Positions 19,097 to 28,110 of a stretch of DNA of 64,000 bases are shown piece after piece. The stretch lies in the IMG/VR virus record IMGVR_UViG_3300033183_000354, positions 32,001 to 96,000 of that record. One strand, written 5' to 3'. The number at the start of each line of letters is the position of its first letter. Position 1 is the first letter of the stretch. Source of the DNA: a virus. A program made the position numbers and the translations under genes. The notes under the pieces are model-generated. The model had not been told where the DNA came from, did no database searches, and saw nothing but the letters and a program-made list of their open reading frames with translations.

Positions 19097-19985
19097 ATTA
19101 AATCCTCGTGATAATCATTTTACTGATGTTGTAGTTGATGTTACGCATCGATGTAATATGGCATGCAAAAACTGCTATATTCCAAATAGATCTATACCAG
19201 ATATGGACGCTGATCAAATGATCGAGGCGTTATCTCAGTTTCCTAAGAAAGTGACTGTAAGGATCATTGGTGCAGAACCAACGATGAGACAGGATTTGCC
19301 AGATCTTATTTCTCGTATACGTAAAACTGGTCATCGTATTACTTTATTGACGAATGGTCTTCGTCTCGCACGAGAAAATTATGTAAAGACATTGAAAGAT
19401 TCTGGTCTACGTAATCTATATCTATCGATGAATGGGGTGGATAATGACGATTGGTACGAAAAGATCGATGAGATGAGATGTGCTGATAAAAAAATTAAAG
19501 CCATGTTATATGCACACCAATATAAACTCCTTCGTGATATCGGTTGTATTATCGTTGATCATGTAAATCTTGATGCGCCTTCTCGTATGATCTCTCTCCT
19601 AAATAAACATGACATCGCTAACGTTACAATTCGTTTTAAAACAATTGGTCAAATTGGCAGATTTATGGGAGAAGAACATCAGATGAAAATGGACGATTTA
19701 ATTCGAGTAATGTCAGATCAATTAAATGTGTCATATGATTATATCAAGAGCTGGCAAGATCAATGGATATATCCAGAAAATAGACAGGAAAAAGATAGTT
19801 TCCTATTCCCTCTTAATCCTAAAAGTACACGTGTTTATAATGGCATATGGATTAAACTTGTTAATTGGAATAGCTATGACAAATCAACGGTGTTAAGTGA
19901 TAGTACTCGAAGAGGAAGACTGACAGAAAACTTTAAAGTAGCTCCGTTTTTTGAACACGTAACTTTAAATGAAAATGGTTATTAA
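19074..19985 (+). CDS. Radical SAM enzyme
   Basis: CNMACKNC, GAEPT, TNG. Confidence 0.9.
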   Translation: MTSLNYYELNPRDNHFTDVVVDVTHRCNMACKNCYIPNRSIPDMDADQMIEALSQFPKKVTVRIIGAEPTMRQDLPDLISRIRKTGHRITLLTNGLRLARENYVKTLKDSGLRNLYLSMNGVDNDDWYEKIDEMRCADKKIKAMLYAHQYKLLRDIGCIIVDHVNLDAPSRMISLLNKHDIANVTIRFKTIGQIGRFMGEEHQMKMDDLIRVMSDQLNVSYDYIKSWQDQWIYPENRQEKDSFLFPLNPKSTRVYNGIWIKLVNWNSYDKSTVLSDSTRRGRLTENFKVAPFFEHVTLNENGY

Positions 19986-19987
19986 TT

Positions 19988-20542
19988 ATGTATAAAGTAG
20001 TAAATACGAAGGATAATCCTGAATATTTGCCAATTTTACAAGGATTTTGTAAGACTATTACGGGCCATAGATCTGAAAACTATATCAATCTTAATGTCGA
20101 TAATGCTCTCATTTGGTATATTTTGTATGTTGGACCGTGGATAGTTGGCTTTTCTGGAATACAAGTTCCTCGACATTTAAACGAACACCGCCTTGCTAGA
20201 ATAATGTATAGGACTTATTTAGCTCCAGAAGTAAGAGGCGAAGGTCTTATACCTTCTCGTTTAAATTGGATTTATTCTGGAGAACAACAAATAAAATATT
20301 GTTTAGATAATGGTTACACTCCATTTATCTCACGTGAAGATACTGGAAACCTTAATGCAAGTCGAAATATTCTTAAAGTATTAGATGAAAAGTACGGAAA
20401 AGGCACATGGAATTTAATTGATAAAAAGATATGGACGTGCAATAGTGATCCTTCAGATAATCCGAAGTGTTGGCAAAGATTAATAGTAAAAGGAGATGCG
20501 AAAGTTTTTGATCAGATTAAACGCGAGTATATCCAGGAATAG
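19988..20542 (+). CDS. Putative GNAT-fold acyltransferase
   Basis: IVGFSG...RTYLAPEVRGEG resembles acetyl-CoA-binding motif A. Confidence 0.5.
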   Translation: MYKVVNTKDNPEYLPILQGFCKTITGHRSENYINLNVDNALIWYILYVGPWIVGFSGIQVPRHLNEHRLARIMYRTYLAPEVRGEGLIPSRLNWIYSGEQQIKYCLDNGYTPFISREDTGNLNASRNILKVLDEKYGKGTWNLIDKKIWTCNSDPSDNPKCWQRLIVKGDAKVFDQIKREYIQE

Positions 20543-20774
20543 GATAGCCTATTGTTGAGCTATGATCTGTCATTTCAATGAACGTGTCCATGTTATCAAC
20601 TTCAATCGTGATAGTCATGATATTATCGACCCAATCAGATCGATCCCAGCGAATTAATCTTCCTTCATTCATAAGACTATTTTTATATTCCTGAAACTGA
20701 ATAAAAAAATCAGTCTCTTCATAAGGTTGTGCACCTTCTTCTCTTTTTAATTTTAATTCAATTATCTCTGACAT
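20517..20774 (-). CDS. Hypothetical late protein
   Basis: AAGGT RBS; TATAAATA on minus strand at 20798-20805. Confidence 0.6.
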   Translation of the reverse strand: MSEIIELKLKREEGAQPYEETDFFIQFQEYKNSLMNEGRLIRWDRSDWVDNIMTITIEVDNMDTFIEMTDHSSTIGYPIPGYTRV

Positions 20775-20814
20775 ATGACACCTTTATCTTATTAGATTAT
20801 TTATATATATTCTC

Positions 20815-21435
20815 ATGCAACATCTTTATAATTCACTTATTCGATACGGATTATATTATAAGCTTAGACTGAAATTAGACGTCTATGATTTCCTAGAACA
20901 ACTAGATTTATTTGAAGATTTATGGGTACAATATAATCCACGAAAGAATATTCGTAGAAAGGGCTTAAGTCTTACGAGTTTAGATGGCGGAATGTCTGGA
21001 TATCCTGATCTTGACTCAATAAGAGAATATAATCAAACCCATAATATCAAGCTTGATGAAAACAGTTTTAAAACAAAAACTATGGCGTGGTCTCTCGTAG
21101 ATTCTGCACTTGATAGTTTTGGAGATGATGTAAGTAGGACACATGTGATTAAACATGAAGTAGGAGGTTGTTTTCCTCCTCATCGTGATTCATACACGCG
21201 TGAGCTATCATCTTTTCGATTGTTCATACCAATTAAAAATTGCAATCCTCCAAATAATTATTTCATACTCGATGAGAGGATTTTACACTTTGATCATGGT
21301 CATGTATATTTTATAGACACGTGTAAAGAACACACAGTATTCACTACTGGGAGCTCTACTATATTTGTGGTATCAAATATACAATTATCAGAGAAGAGTG
21401 TCGATAATGTACTAGGTAATATGGAAATAACTTAG
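20815..21435 (+). CDS. 2OG-Fe(II) oxygenase-like protein
   Basis: FPPHRD...FRLFIP...EHTVF. Confidence 0.7.
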   Translation: MQHLYNSLIRYGLYYKLRLKLDVYDFLEQLDLFEDLWVQYNPRKNIRRKGLSLTSLDGGMSGYPDLDSIREYNQTHNIKLDENSFKTKTMAWSLVDSALDSFGDDVSRTHVIKHEVGGCFPPHRDSYTRELSSFRLFIPIKNCNPPNNYFILDERILHFDHGHVYFIDTCKEHTVFTTGSSTIFVVSNIQLSEKSVDNVLGNMEIT

Positions 21436-21614
21436 GTAACCCTAAACCATTCCTTTACTTCTTTTTCGTCTTTGGTCATATATTTGCTAACGCAAGCCAT
21501 CATAATTTTTCCATCTTCATGCTTTACGACAACCCAATCACTTGAGCCGGAAGGTGCTTTCACTATATCCCCTCTTGTCAGAATTATATTACCAACTTTT
21601 CCGAGTAGATTCAT
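21432..21614 (-). CDS. Small hypothetical late protein
   Basis: AAGGAG RBS; minus-strand TATAAATA at ~21649-21656. Confidence 0.65.
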   Translation of the reverse strand: MNLLGKVGNIILTRGDIVKAPSGSSDWVVVKHEDGKIMMACVSKYMTKDEKEVKEWFRVT

Positions 21615-21659
21615 TATGAATCTCCTTATTTGAAGTTTGTGTATCTAATATTTATAAAC

Positions 21660-21753
21660 GAAAAAAAATCACTTTAAGAGCGTTTTTTCTGTTTACTTTT
21701 CAAAAGAAATGGCGTATAATATATCTATCAAATGAAAAAAGAGGAACTATATC
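21660..21753 (+). promoter_or_regulatory. Early promoter cassette (repeat copy)
   Basis: GCGTTTTTT..TTTACT-N17-TATAAT...GAGGA. Confidence 0.7.
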
Positions 21754-22029
21754 ATGTTGAATACAAATGAAATGAACGAAATCAAGATGCTTTTCCTGAA
21801 AGCTAGTGCTGAAGACATGAATGAAATTGCATCGCTGTTCAATGCTGTACGCCGAGTCAAAGCTTCACAGGCCGCCGACAAATTCAAAGTTGGTCAGAAA
21901 GTCGAATGGGTTGGCAAGCGTGGGCCAATGTCAGGAATCATCGAAAAAGTCAATCGTAAGAATATTGTGGTTGACGCTGGTTCAAACGGTAAATGGAATG
22001 TTACCGCAACTCTTCTCAAAGCTGCTTAA
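21754..22029 (+). CDS. Hypothetical early protein with SH3-like C-terminus
   Basis: FKVGQKVEW...GIIEKVNRK. Confidence 0.75.
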   Translation: MLNTNEMNEIKMLFLKASAEDMNEIASLFNAVRRVKASQAADKFKVGQKVEWVGKRGPMSGIIEKVNRKNIVVDAGSNGKWNVTATLLKAA

Positions 22030-22041
22030 GGAGATTATATG

Positions 22042-22143
22042 ATGGATTATATCAATGAAGTAATTGCCGATTTTATGGAAATTGGTTATACTGAAAAAGA
22101 AGCAACCGCTCTAGCATGGGCAAAATTCGTGGAGGCAATATAA
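22042..22143 (+). CDS. Small hypothetical protein (33 aa)
   Basis: AAGGAG RBS; stop overlaps next ATG. Confidence 0.55.
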   Translation: MDYINEVIADFMEIGYTEKEATALAWAKFVEAI

Positions 22144-23099
22144 TGGCACACATGGTTGAAACAATGGCTTATGCAGGTGAAGTTCCTTGGCATGGCCTGG
22201 GTGTTCCGGTTTCAAATGATCTGACACCCGTACAGATGATGGAAAAAGCTGGACTGGATTGGAAAGTCCATGAAGTTGAATCCTTCATCGAGTTTAATGG
22301 TAAGCGTATGCCTACCGGTCAAAAGTCTCTTATCCGCGAAACTGACGGTAAGATCTTGACAAATGTCGGTGCAGACTGGAATCCAGTGCAGAATGAGACT
22401 GCATTTGAATTCTTCTCTGAGTTTGTACTTTCTGGTAATATGGAGATGCATACTGCTGGTTCACTTAAAGGTGGTCAGATGGTATGGGCTCTGGCAAAAG
22501 TCAGTGAGTCATTTGATCTCTTTGGTGGTGATGAGGTTGAGTCATACTTGCTCTTCTCTAATCCTCATCAGTACGGTAAAGCTATCGATGTTCGCTTTAC
22601 TCCAATCCGTGTAGTATGCAACAACACTCTGACTCTGTCACTTGATCAGAATGCTCAGCGTTCAGTCAAGGTTGGTCACCGTACTGAGTTTGATGCTGAC
22701 ATGGTTAAAGAGTCTCTCGGTATTGCACACGAAAAGCTTGCTACTTACAAAGAGATGGCAGAGTTTCTTGGCAAGAAGCGTTACAGCGCTGATGCTCTGA
22801 TCGAGTATTACAACACTGTCTTCCCGCGCACTGCAGACAAGCGTGTACAAGGTAAGGCACTGTCAATCGATACTCTCTCACGTAATGCTAAGATGGCACA
22901 CGATGTTCTGGAAACTCAGCCTGGTGCAGAATATGCCGAAGGCTCATGGTGGCAGGCATTTAATTCTGTCACATATATTACTGACCACGTACAGGGTCGT
23001 AATGCAGATAACCGGTTGTACTCATCATGGTTTGGCAGCAATCAGGTTCGCAAGCGTGATGCACTTAAAACAGCAATTGAATTCGCAGAAGCAGCTTAA
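22143..23099 (+). CDS. DUF932/DUF945 phage-plasmid family protein
   Basis: PWHGLG, AGLDW, TAGSLKGG, TPIRVVCNNTL. Confidence 0.88.
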   Translation: MAHMVETMAYAGEVPWHGLGVPVSNDLTPVQMMEKAGLDWKVHEVESFIEFNGKRMPTGQKSLIRETDGKILTNVGADWNPVQNETAFEFFSEFVLSGNMEMHTAGSLKGGQMVWALAKVSESFDLFGGDEVESYLLFSNPHQYGKAIDVRFTPIRVVCNNTLTLSLDQNAQRSVKVGHRTEFDADMVKESLGIAHEKLATYKEMAEFLGKKRYSADALIEYYNTVFPRTADKRVQGKALSIDTLSRNAKMAHDVLETQPGAEYAEGSWWQAFNSVTYITDHVQGRNADNRLYSSWFGSNQVRKRDALKTAIEFAEAA

Positions 23100-23110
23100 A
23101 GGAGATTATT

Positions 23111-23368
23111 ATGCGAGAAATTGATCGACTGAAAAAAATTGTTGAAGGCCTTCAAGTCAAAATTGAAAAGCTTTCAACACAAGAACCTCTAGTGACATAT
23201 AATCCCGATACGAAAACATTGTCATTTGTTGGCCTTGATGTTGTCAAAAGAAATAAGAAGTCTCTTATTCTTCGTGATAGTGTGGATCGTGAATATATGT
23301 TCCGTTGTACAGAACACATTGACGGAATCACTAAAGGTAAACGAGTATCAATTGTTGAGGCAGTATAA
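23111..23368 (+). CDS. Hypothetical protein
   Basis: AAGGAG RBS. Confidence 0.65.
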   Translation: MREIDRLKKIVEGLQVKIEKLSTQEPLVTYNPDTKTLSFVGLDVVKRNKKSLILRDSVDREYMFRCTEHIDGITKGKRVSIVEAV

Positions 23369-23556
23369 TGGAAGGACCATTTAAGCAAGCTCTTGATAAT
23401 CTACCGAGCCAAGGAGTGTTCCAACACTCTTTGGTAACCTATCGATATAAGAGTGGACAACTTATTAAGGAAACTCATAGTCGTACATATACTCATAATG
23501 GCGACTATAATGACTCATTTACAAGCGAACCAATCGGAAAAGGAAGTTCAGTATGA
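23368..23556 (+). CDS. Hypothetical protein
   Basis: Coupled ORF. Confidence 0.6.
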   Translation: MEGPFKQALDNLPSQGVFQHSLVTYRYKSGQLIKETHSRTYTHNGDYNDSFTSEPIGKGSSV

Positions 23557-23720
23557 AGAAGCATGATTTCAATATGATCTCTGCATGGGCAAAAGAACAC
23601 GACATTGAAGGATTCGAACACTATGATCCTAAAGTTCGTGAACAACGACGAATCGCAGGCTTAAAACGCATGCGAGATCGTGAACGTAAAGAACAAGAGC
23701 GTAAGCAACAGAAATATTAA
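23553..23720 (+). CDS. Small hypothetical protein (55 aa, not in track)
   Basis: MKKHDFNMISAWAKEH...; ATGA coupling. Confidence 0.55.
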   Translation: MKKHDFNMISAWAKEHDIEGFEHYDPKVREQRRIAGLKRMRDRERKEQERKQQKY

Positions 23721-23811
23721 AGTTTTGTTACGTTTTGAGTTTATGTGATAAATAAAAATGAGCTGATGTTGAGACCAGCTCATTTTCACGTTCATAGGAG
23801 AAATTTCAAAC

Positions 23812-24750
23812 ATGAAAAAAATCGTATTCGCTCTGGCTCTCATTGCTACGGCCTCAACTGCGTACGCAAGAGATCAAATTTCTATCGTAGGTTCGTCCAC
23901 GGTATTTCCATTTGCTACGACTGTAGCCGAAAAATTCGGACAAATTTCTAACTTTAGAACTCCCGTCATTGAATCCACTGGTTCCGGTGGAGGAATGAAG
24001 ATGTTTTGTAAAGGTGTAGGTACAGACACACCTGACATTACAAACGCATCTCGTGCAATTAAAAAGTCAGAAGAAGAACTGTGTGCTAAGAATGGTGTAA
24101 CACCAATCGAAAGAATGATTGGTTATGATGGCATCACAATCTCTACTTCTCTCAAAGGTAATCCATTTCCAATTACAAAGGAAGAAATCTATAAAGCAGT
24201 TGCTGCCGAAGTTTGGAATGGCACCGACTTTGTAGCAAATCCGTATAAGACTTGGAAAGACATCAATCCTGAACTTCCGGCACTATCGATCGATATCATG
24301 GTACCACCTACAACCTCAGGTACTCGTGATGCATTCGTAGAGCTGATCCTCCACGATGTATGTCGTAAAGAATACAAGCTCGATAAGAAGACCGCAAAGG
24401 CAAGATGCACTGCACTCAGAACCGATGGTCGTCATGTAGTACAAATGGGCGAAAACGATAATCTACTCATTGAAAAGCTGGTAGCCGATGCTGATCGTAT
24501 GGCAGTGTTTGGTTTCTCATTCTTGGATATGAACCGCGATAAAGTAGTTGCTCATCCAGTGAATGGTGTATCACCAGAATTTGATACAATTGCTGATGGT
24601 TCTTATAAAGTATCACGTCCACTGTTCTACTACATTAAGAAAGAACATCTTGGAGTGATTCCTGGCATCGAAGAATTTGACGCATTATTTAAGAAACTAT
24701 CAGACGCTGATGGTCCTCTCGCTGAACAAGGATTGATTCCTCTTCAGTAA
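23812..24750 (+). CDS. pstS: Phosphate ABC transporter periplasmic binding protein
   Basis: Signal peptide, VGSSTVFP, ESTGSGGG, TSGTRDAF, SRPLFYY. Confidence 0.95.
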   Translation: MKKIVFALALIATASTAYARDQISIVGSSTVFPFATTVAEKFGQISNFRTPVIESTGSGGGMKMFCKGVGTDTPDITNASRAIKKSEEELCAKNGVTPIERMIGYDGITISTSLKGNPFPITKEEIYKAVAAEVWNGTDFVANPYKTWKDINPELPALSIDIMVPPTTSGTRDAFVELILHDVCRKEYKLDKKTAKARCTALRTDGRHVVQMGENDNLLIEKLVADADRMAVFGFSFLDMNRDKVVAHPVNGVSPEFDTIADGSYKVSRPLFYYIKKEHLGVIPGIEEFDALFKKLSDADGPLAEQGLIPLQ

Positions 24751-24766
24751 AAAATACAACTAATTG

Positions 24767-24796
24767 AAAAGGGCCGGAATAATTCCGGCCCTTTTT
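24767..24796 (+). terminator. Rho-independent (bidirectional-looking) terminator
   Basis: AAAAGGGCCGGAAT-A-ATTCCGGCCCTTTTT. Confidence 0.88.
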
Positions 24797-24809
24797 ATGT
24801 ACTTTTCGT

Positions 24810-24817
24810 TATAAATA
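24810..24817 (+). promoter_or_regulatory. T4-type late promoter
   Basis: TATAAATA upstream of late block. Confidence 0.75.
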
Positions 24818-24853
24818 GATCATAATCTATAAGATAATCTATAAGAGGGAAAA

Positions 24854-26260
24854 ATGATGCGATTTACTAGATATTTGACTGAATCACAGATTGCCGTAGA
24901 CGCTGCTACTCAGCTAGCAAAGGCTCTACCATCTTTTGAAGTGATTGATACTAAATACGTCAAAGAAACTGGTAAACGTATTACTATTACTCAAACAATG
25001 CCAGATGCAAAAAGACGTCCCTTTGTACAAGCTGCAAATTCTTGGCTACAGAAAAATAAAGAAGGATTTCAATATATTGAAATCACATCAAATCGTGCAA
25101 CAAAAGATATACACTTCAAATCACCAGCTTCAGATAAAGGAATTTATATTAAAACAAAGCCAGATGGTAAAAGAGGAAGTACAGATCCAAATGAATTGAT
25201 GACAGCCACACTCGCATGCGTCCCTCGTCTTAAAGCACCAAAAGATCTTGACGCTCTTGATGCTATGGTCGATTCAACGAAAGCTTTAGTACCATCAAAA
25301 ATATACGATTATGCACAGAATGAATTAGATGCATTTGACGGAGACTACACAAACTTTTGTCAAGCCATTTCAGCTGCTATTGCTATTCAAAAATTTATTG
25401 GTGGTACCGCTGATAAGGCATACATCACAGGTCGGGTTTGGCACCGCGATATTCAAAAATTTAAGATGAACGCTTATGGAATGAAAGACTTTAACTCTTC
25501 TGATATTGTATTGAAGCGAGGTAAAAAGTTTTATGGTATATCACTGAAGAAAAAAGATAGACCAACTACAGCAGATCCAACAATTCTAAATAAATCAGTT
25601 AGATCAGTATTTGATGATCCAACCTTGATTGCAAGTTATAATGATTCTATCCGTAACTTCATGATTAATCGTGTTATAGCGGTGGCAGAACGAGCAAAGA
25701 TGTTGGATACAGGATCAAAAAGAAAAGCTGAAATTGATCGCACAGGTAAAGTATGGAAAAACTTGATATCTCGTTTGCCTAACGATTATTTTAATCGTCA
25801 ACTTAAAGGAAGAAATAGCGTATTCAAAGATATAGCAGATTTGTTTAATAAAAAAGCCGATTCAATCGCAAATACCTTAATACAGCTTGTATTGAAGATG
25901 GATTTACAACAATTAAAACAATTTGATTTTGACTTTGCACTTGTAACTGGTATCGGTAATTATGGTCCACGTGTTGGACCAGTTGTGAGTAAAGCTGATC
26001 TCATTAGTATTGACACTATTGTTGAAAGAATGGCAGTGCTCGCAAAAAATAATTCACCTACGATCGAACTAGATCGTAATACTATACAGCCTGGCGAAAG
26101 AGGCGCAACTGCAGCGGTGTTAAAACTAAACTTAATGATGGGTACAATGAAGATTCTTGATATTACAATTAGATACAAAGGTTCAGCCAGTTGGACATCA
26201 CAGCCGTCAATTTTGGCTACCATGACAAAAGAATTTAAAGATTATCTGAAAGGCGAATAA
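24854..26260 (+). CDS. Putative virion-packaged PD-(D/E)XK-like nuclease
   Basis: N-term MRFTRYLTE; DPNE...SSDIVL...GISLKK. Confidence 0.5.
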   Translation: MMRFTRYLTESQIAVDAATQLAKALPSFEVIDTKYVKETGKRITITQTMPDAKRRPFVQAANSWLQKNKEGFQYIEITSNRATKDIHFKSPASDKGIYIKTKPDGKRGSTDPNELMTATLACVPRLKAPKDLDALDAMVDSTKALVPSKIYDYAQNELDAFDGDYTNFCQAISAAIAIQKFIGGTADKAYITGRVWHRDIQKFKMNAYGMKDFNSSDIVLKRGKKFYGISLKKKDRPTTADPTILNKSVRSVFDDPTLIASYNDSIRNFMINRVIAVAERAKMLDTGSKRKAEIDRTGKVWKNLISRLPNDYFNRQLKGRNSVFKDIADLFNKKADSIANTLIQLVLKMDLQQLKQFDFDFALVTGIGNYGPRVGPVVSKADLISIDTIVERMAVLAKNNSPTIELDRNTIQPGERGATAAVLKLNLMMGTMKILDITIRYKGSASWTSQPSILATMTKEFKDYLKGE

Positions 26261-26377
26261 TGAGATTTCAAGAGTTTATAACTAAACAAAAATAATTATG
26301 TATATATGTTACTGAAGAAACTCAACTCGCTGGCTATCACCGAGGCCGCACAGTTAAGAAAGGAGGTAAAGCCGATT

Positions 26378-27607
26378 ATGAATACATTTCAGCAGTTCGT
26401 AACAGAACAAAAGAATACTCATATGACGCATATTGAGGACAAGGTTCTCTATGGTGGTGTGAAGGGAACTCGTGAAGCTATTCTTGCTTTGCGTTCATTG
26501 AGAGATGCTCTTGGAGGCGTACATGATGGTAATGTTAGTGTTAAGTGGGACGGGGCTCCTGCTATCTTCGCTGGTACTGATCCTCGTGACGGTAAATTCT
26601 TTGTCGCAAAGAAAGGTATTTTTAACAAATCGCCAAAAGTCTACAAGACGCCGGCAGACGTTGATGCTGATACTTCTGGTGATCTTGCTGATAAACTTAA
26701 GTTGGCTCTTAAGCATTTACCAGAACTTGGGATAAAAGGAGTTATTCAAGGTGATTTTCTGTTCAGTACTGGAGATGTTGAAACCTCTAAAATCAAAGGT
26801 AAATCTTATGTTACCTTCCACCCCAATACAATTGTTTATGCAGTTCCAGCAGGAAGTGACGCAGCGAAAGAAATTAAATCAGCGAAATTGGGGATTGTCT
26901 GGCATACGACATACAAAGGACCAACATTCGAAACGATGAAGGCTTCTTATGGTGTTGATGTGACTAAACTAAGAAAATCAAAGAATGTTTGGTCACAAGA
27001 TGCGATGCTTCGTGATATGACAAAATATACGATGTCAAAAGAAGATACTGAAGAAGTAAATGAATATTTGTCTCGTGCAGGATTTATCTTTAATAAAATT
27101 GCAGCTTCTACATTAAAGCAACTCGAAGAAAATCCAGCTTTAGCAGGGATGATCGAAACGCATGGTAATACATACGTAAGAGCAGGAACAGTACCTCCTG
27201 ATCCAAAGAAAAGAGTTGAAGCTTTGATTAAATTTATCCAACAGAAATATCAAAAAGAGATGGATAAAAGAAGCACTGAACAAGGTAAAGCTGTACAACA
27301 AAAAAAATTAAATGAGATTTTAACGTTTTTTTCACAAAAAAACAAACAAAGTCTTATCCAGATGTTCGAATTGCAAAGAATCATCGTTTTAGCAAAACTA
27401 AAACTTATAAATATACTTAACAAGCTTAATGGTACTTCTACCTTTCTTAAAACGAAAAGAGGGTATAGAGTTACCGGTCAAGAAGGTTATGTTGCGATTG
27501 ATAAGCTTGGTGGTGACGCGGTTAAGATTGTTGACCGAATGGAATTCTCATTTGCCAACTTTAGCCCAAGTGTATTAAAAGGATGGGATAAACCAGGGAG
27601 AAACTAA
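26378..27607 (+). CDS. Conserved T4-like phage protein, possible ligase/nucleotidyltransferase-like fold
   Basis: MNTFQQFVTE; HMTHIED; SVKWDGAPA; QGDFLF; EGYVA; KIVDRMEFS. Confidence 0.6.
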   Translation: MNTFQQFVTEQKNTHMTHIEDKVLYGGVKGTREAILALRSLRDALGGVHDGNVSVKWDGAPAIFAGTDPRDGKFFVAKKGIFNKSPKVYKTPADVDADTSGDLADKLKLALKHLPELGIKGVIQGDFLFSTGDVETSKIKGKSYVTFHPNTIVYAVPAGSDAAKEIKSAKLGIVWHTTYKGPTFETMKASYGVDVTKLRKSKNVWSQDAMLRDMTKYTMSKEDTEEVNEYLSRAGFIFNKIAASTLKQLEENPALAGMIETHGNTYVRAGTVPPDPKKRVEALIKFIQQKYQKEMDKRSTEQGKAVQQKKLNEILTFFSQKNKQSLIQMFELQRIIVLAKLKLINILNKLNGTSTFLKTKRGYRVTGQEGYVAIDKLGGDAVKIVDRMEFSFANFSPSVLKGWDKPGRN

Positions 27608-28110
27608 TGGCGGATATCGTTCGCTTCAAAGACGTATTCAATAACCCAGACGCTCTCACATTTAAAGATATGTATACAGTAGAGTATCGTCCAGGCGAGG
27701 ACGAGCTTGTAAATTATCGTGCGATGAGACGTAAGAGAACAATTGGTGTTGGTGAAGGTGGTCCAATCGGCGAGTCGACTGATGTAGAAGAAGCACTTAA
27801 TCTGACTCAGAGAATGAAGCGCTCTCGCATGATGAAGAAGATGAAGTCGCGGATTAAAATTGGCCGTGAACGTGCAAAGCGTAAAATGGCCGATAAGAAA
27901 AAATTAGAAAAACGAGCAAATCGTAAAGCCCGTGATGCTATTGTAAGAAAACTTACAAAAGATATTCCTAAGTCTGAACTTACTTATGCAAGAAGGCAGG
28001 AGATTGAGAAGAGGCTCGATAAACCTGCAATAAAAGCTAGAATTAAGCGACTTGCTCGTAAGATGTTTCCTAAAATTCGCAAAGCAGAAGTTGAACGGAA
28101 AAAAGGTTAA
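27607..28110 (+). CDS. Basic hypothetical late protein
   Basis: VEEALN then K/R-rich helical domain. Confidence 0.7.
   Translation: MADIVRFKDVFNNPDALTFKDMYTVEYRPGEDELVNYRAMRRKRTIGVGEGGPIGESTDVEEALNLTQRMKRSRMMKKMKSRIKIGRERAKRKMADKKKLEKRANRKARDAIVRKLTKDIPKSELTYARRQEIEKRLDKPAIKARIKRLARKMFPKIRKAEVERKKG

Noticed and set aside
24822-24845. Tandem 12-bp repeat ATAATCTATAAG x2
   Set aside because: Only two copies in a leader; likely slippage, not an array or iteron
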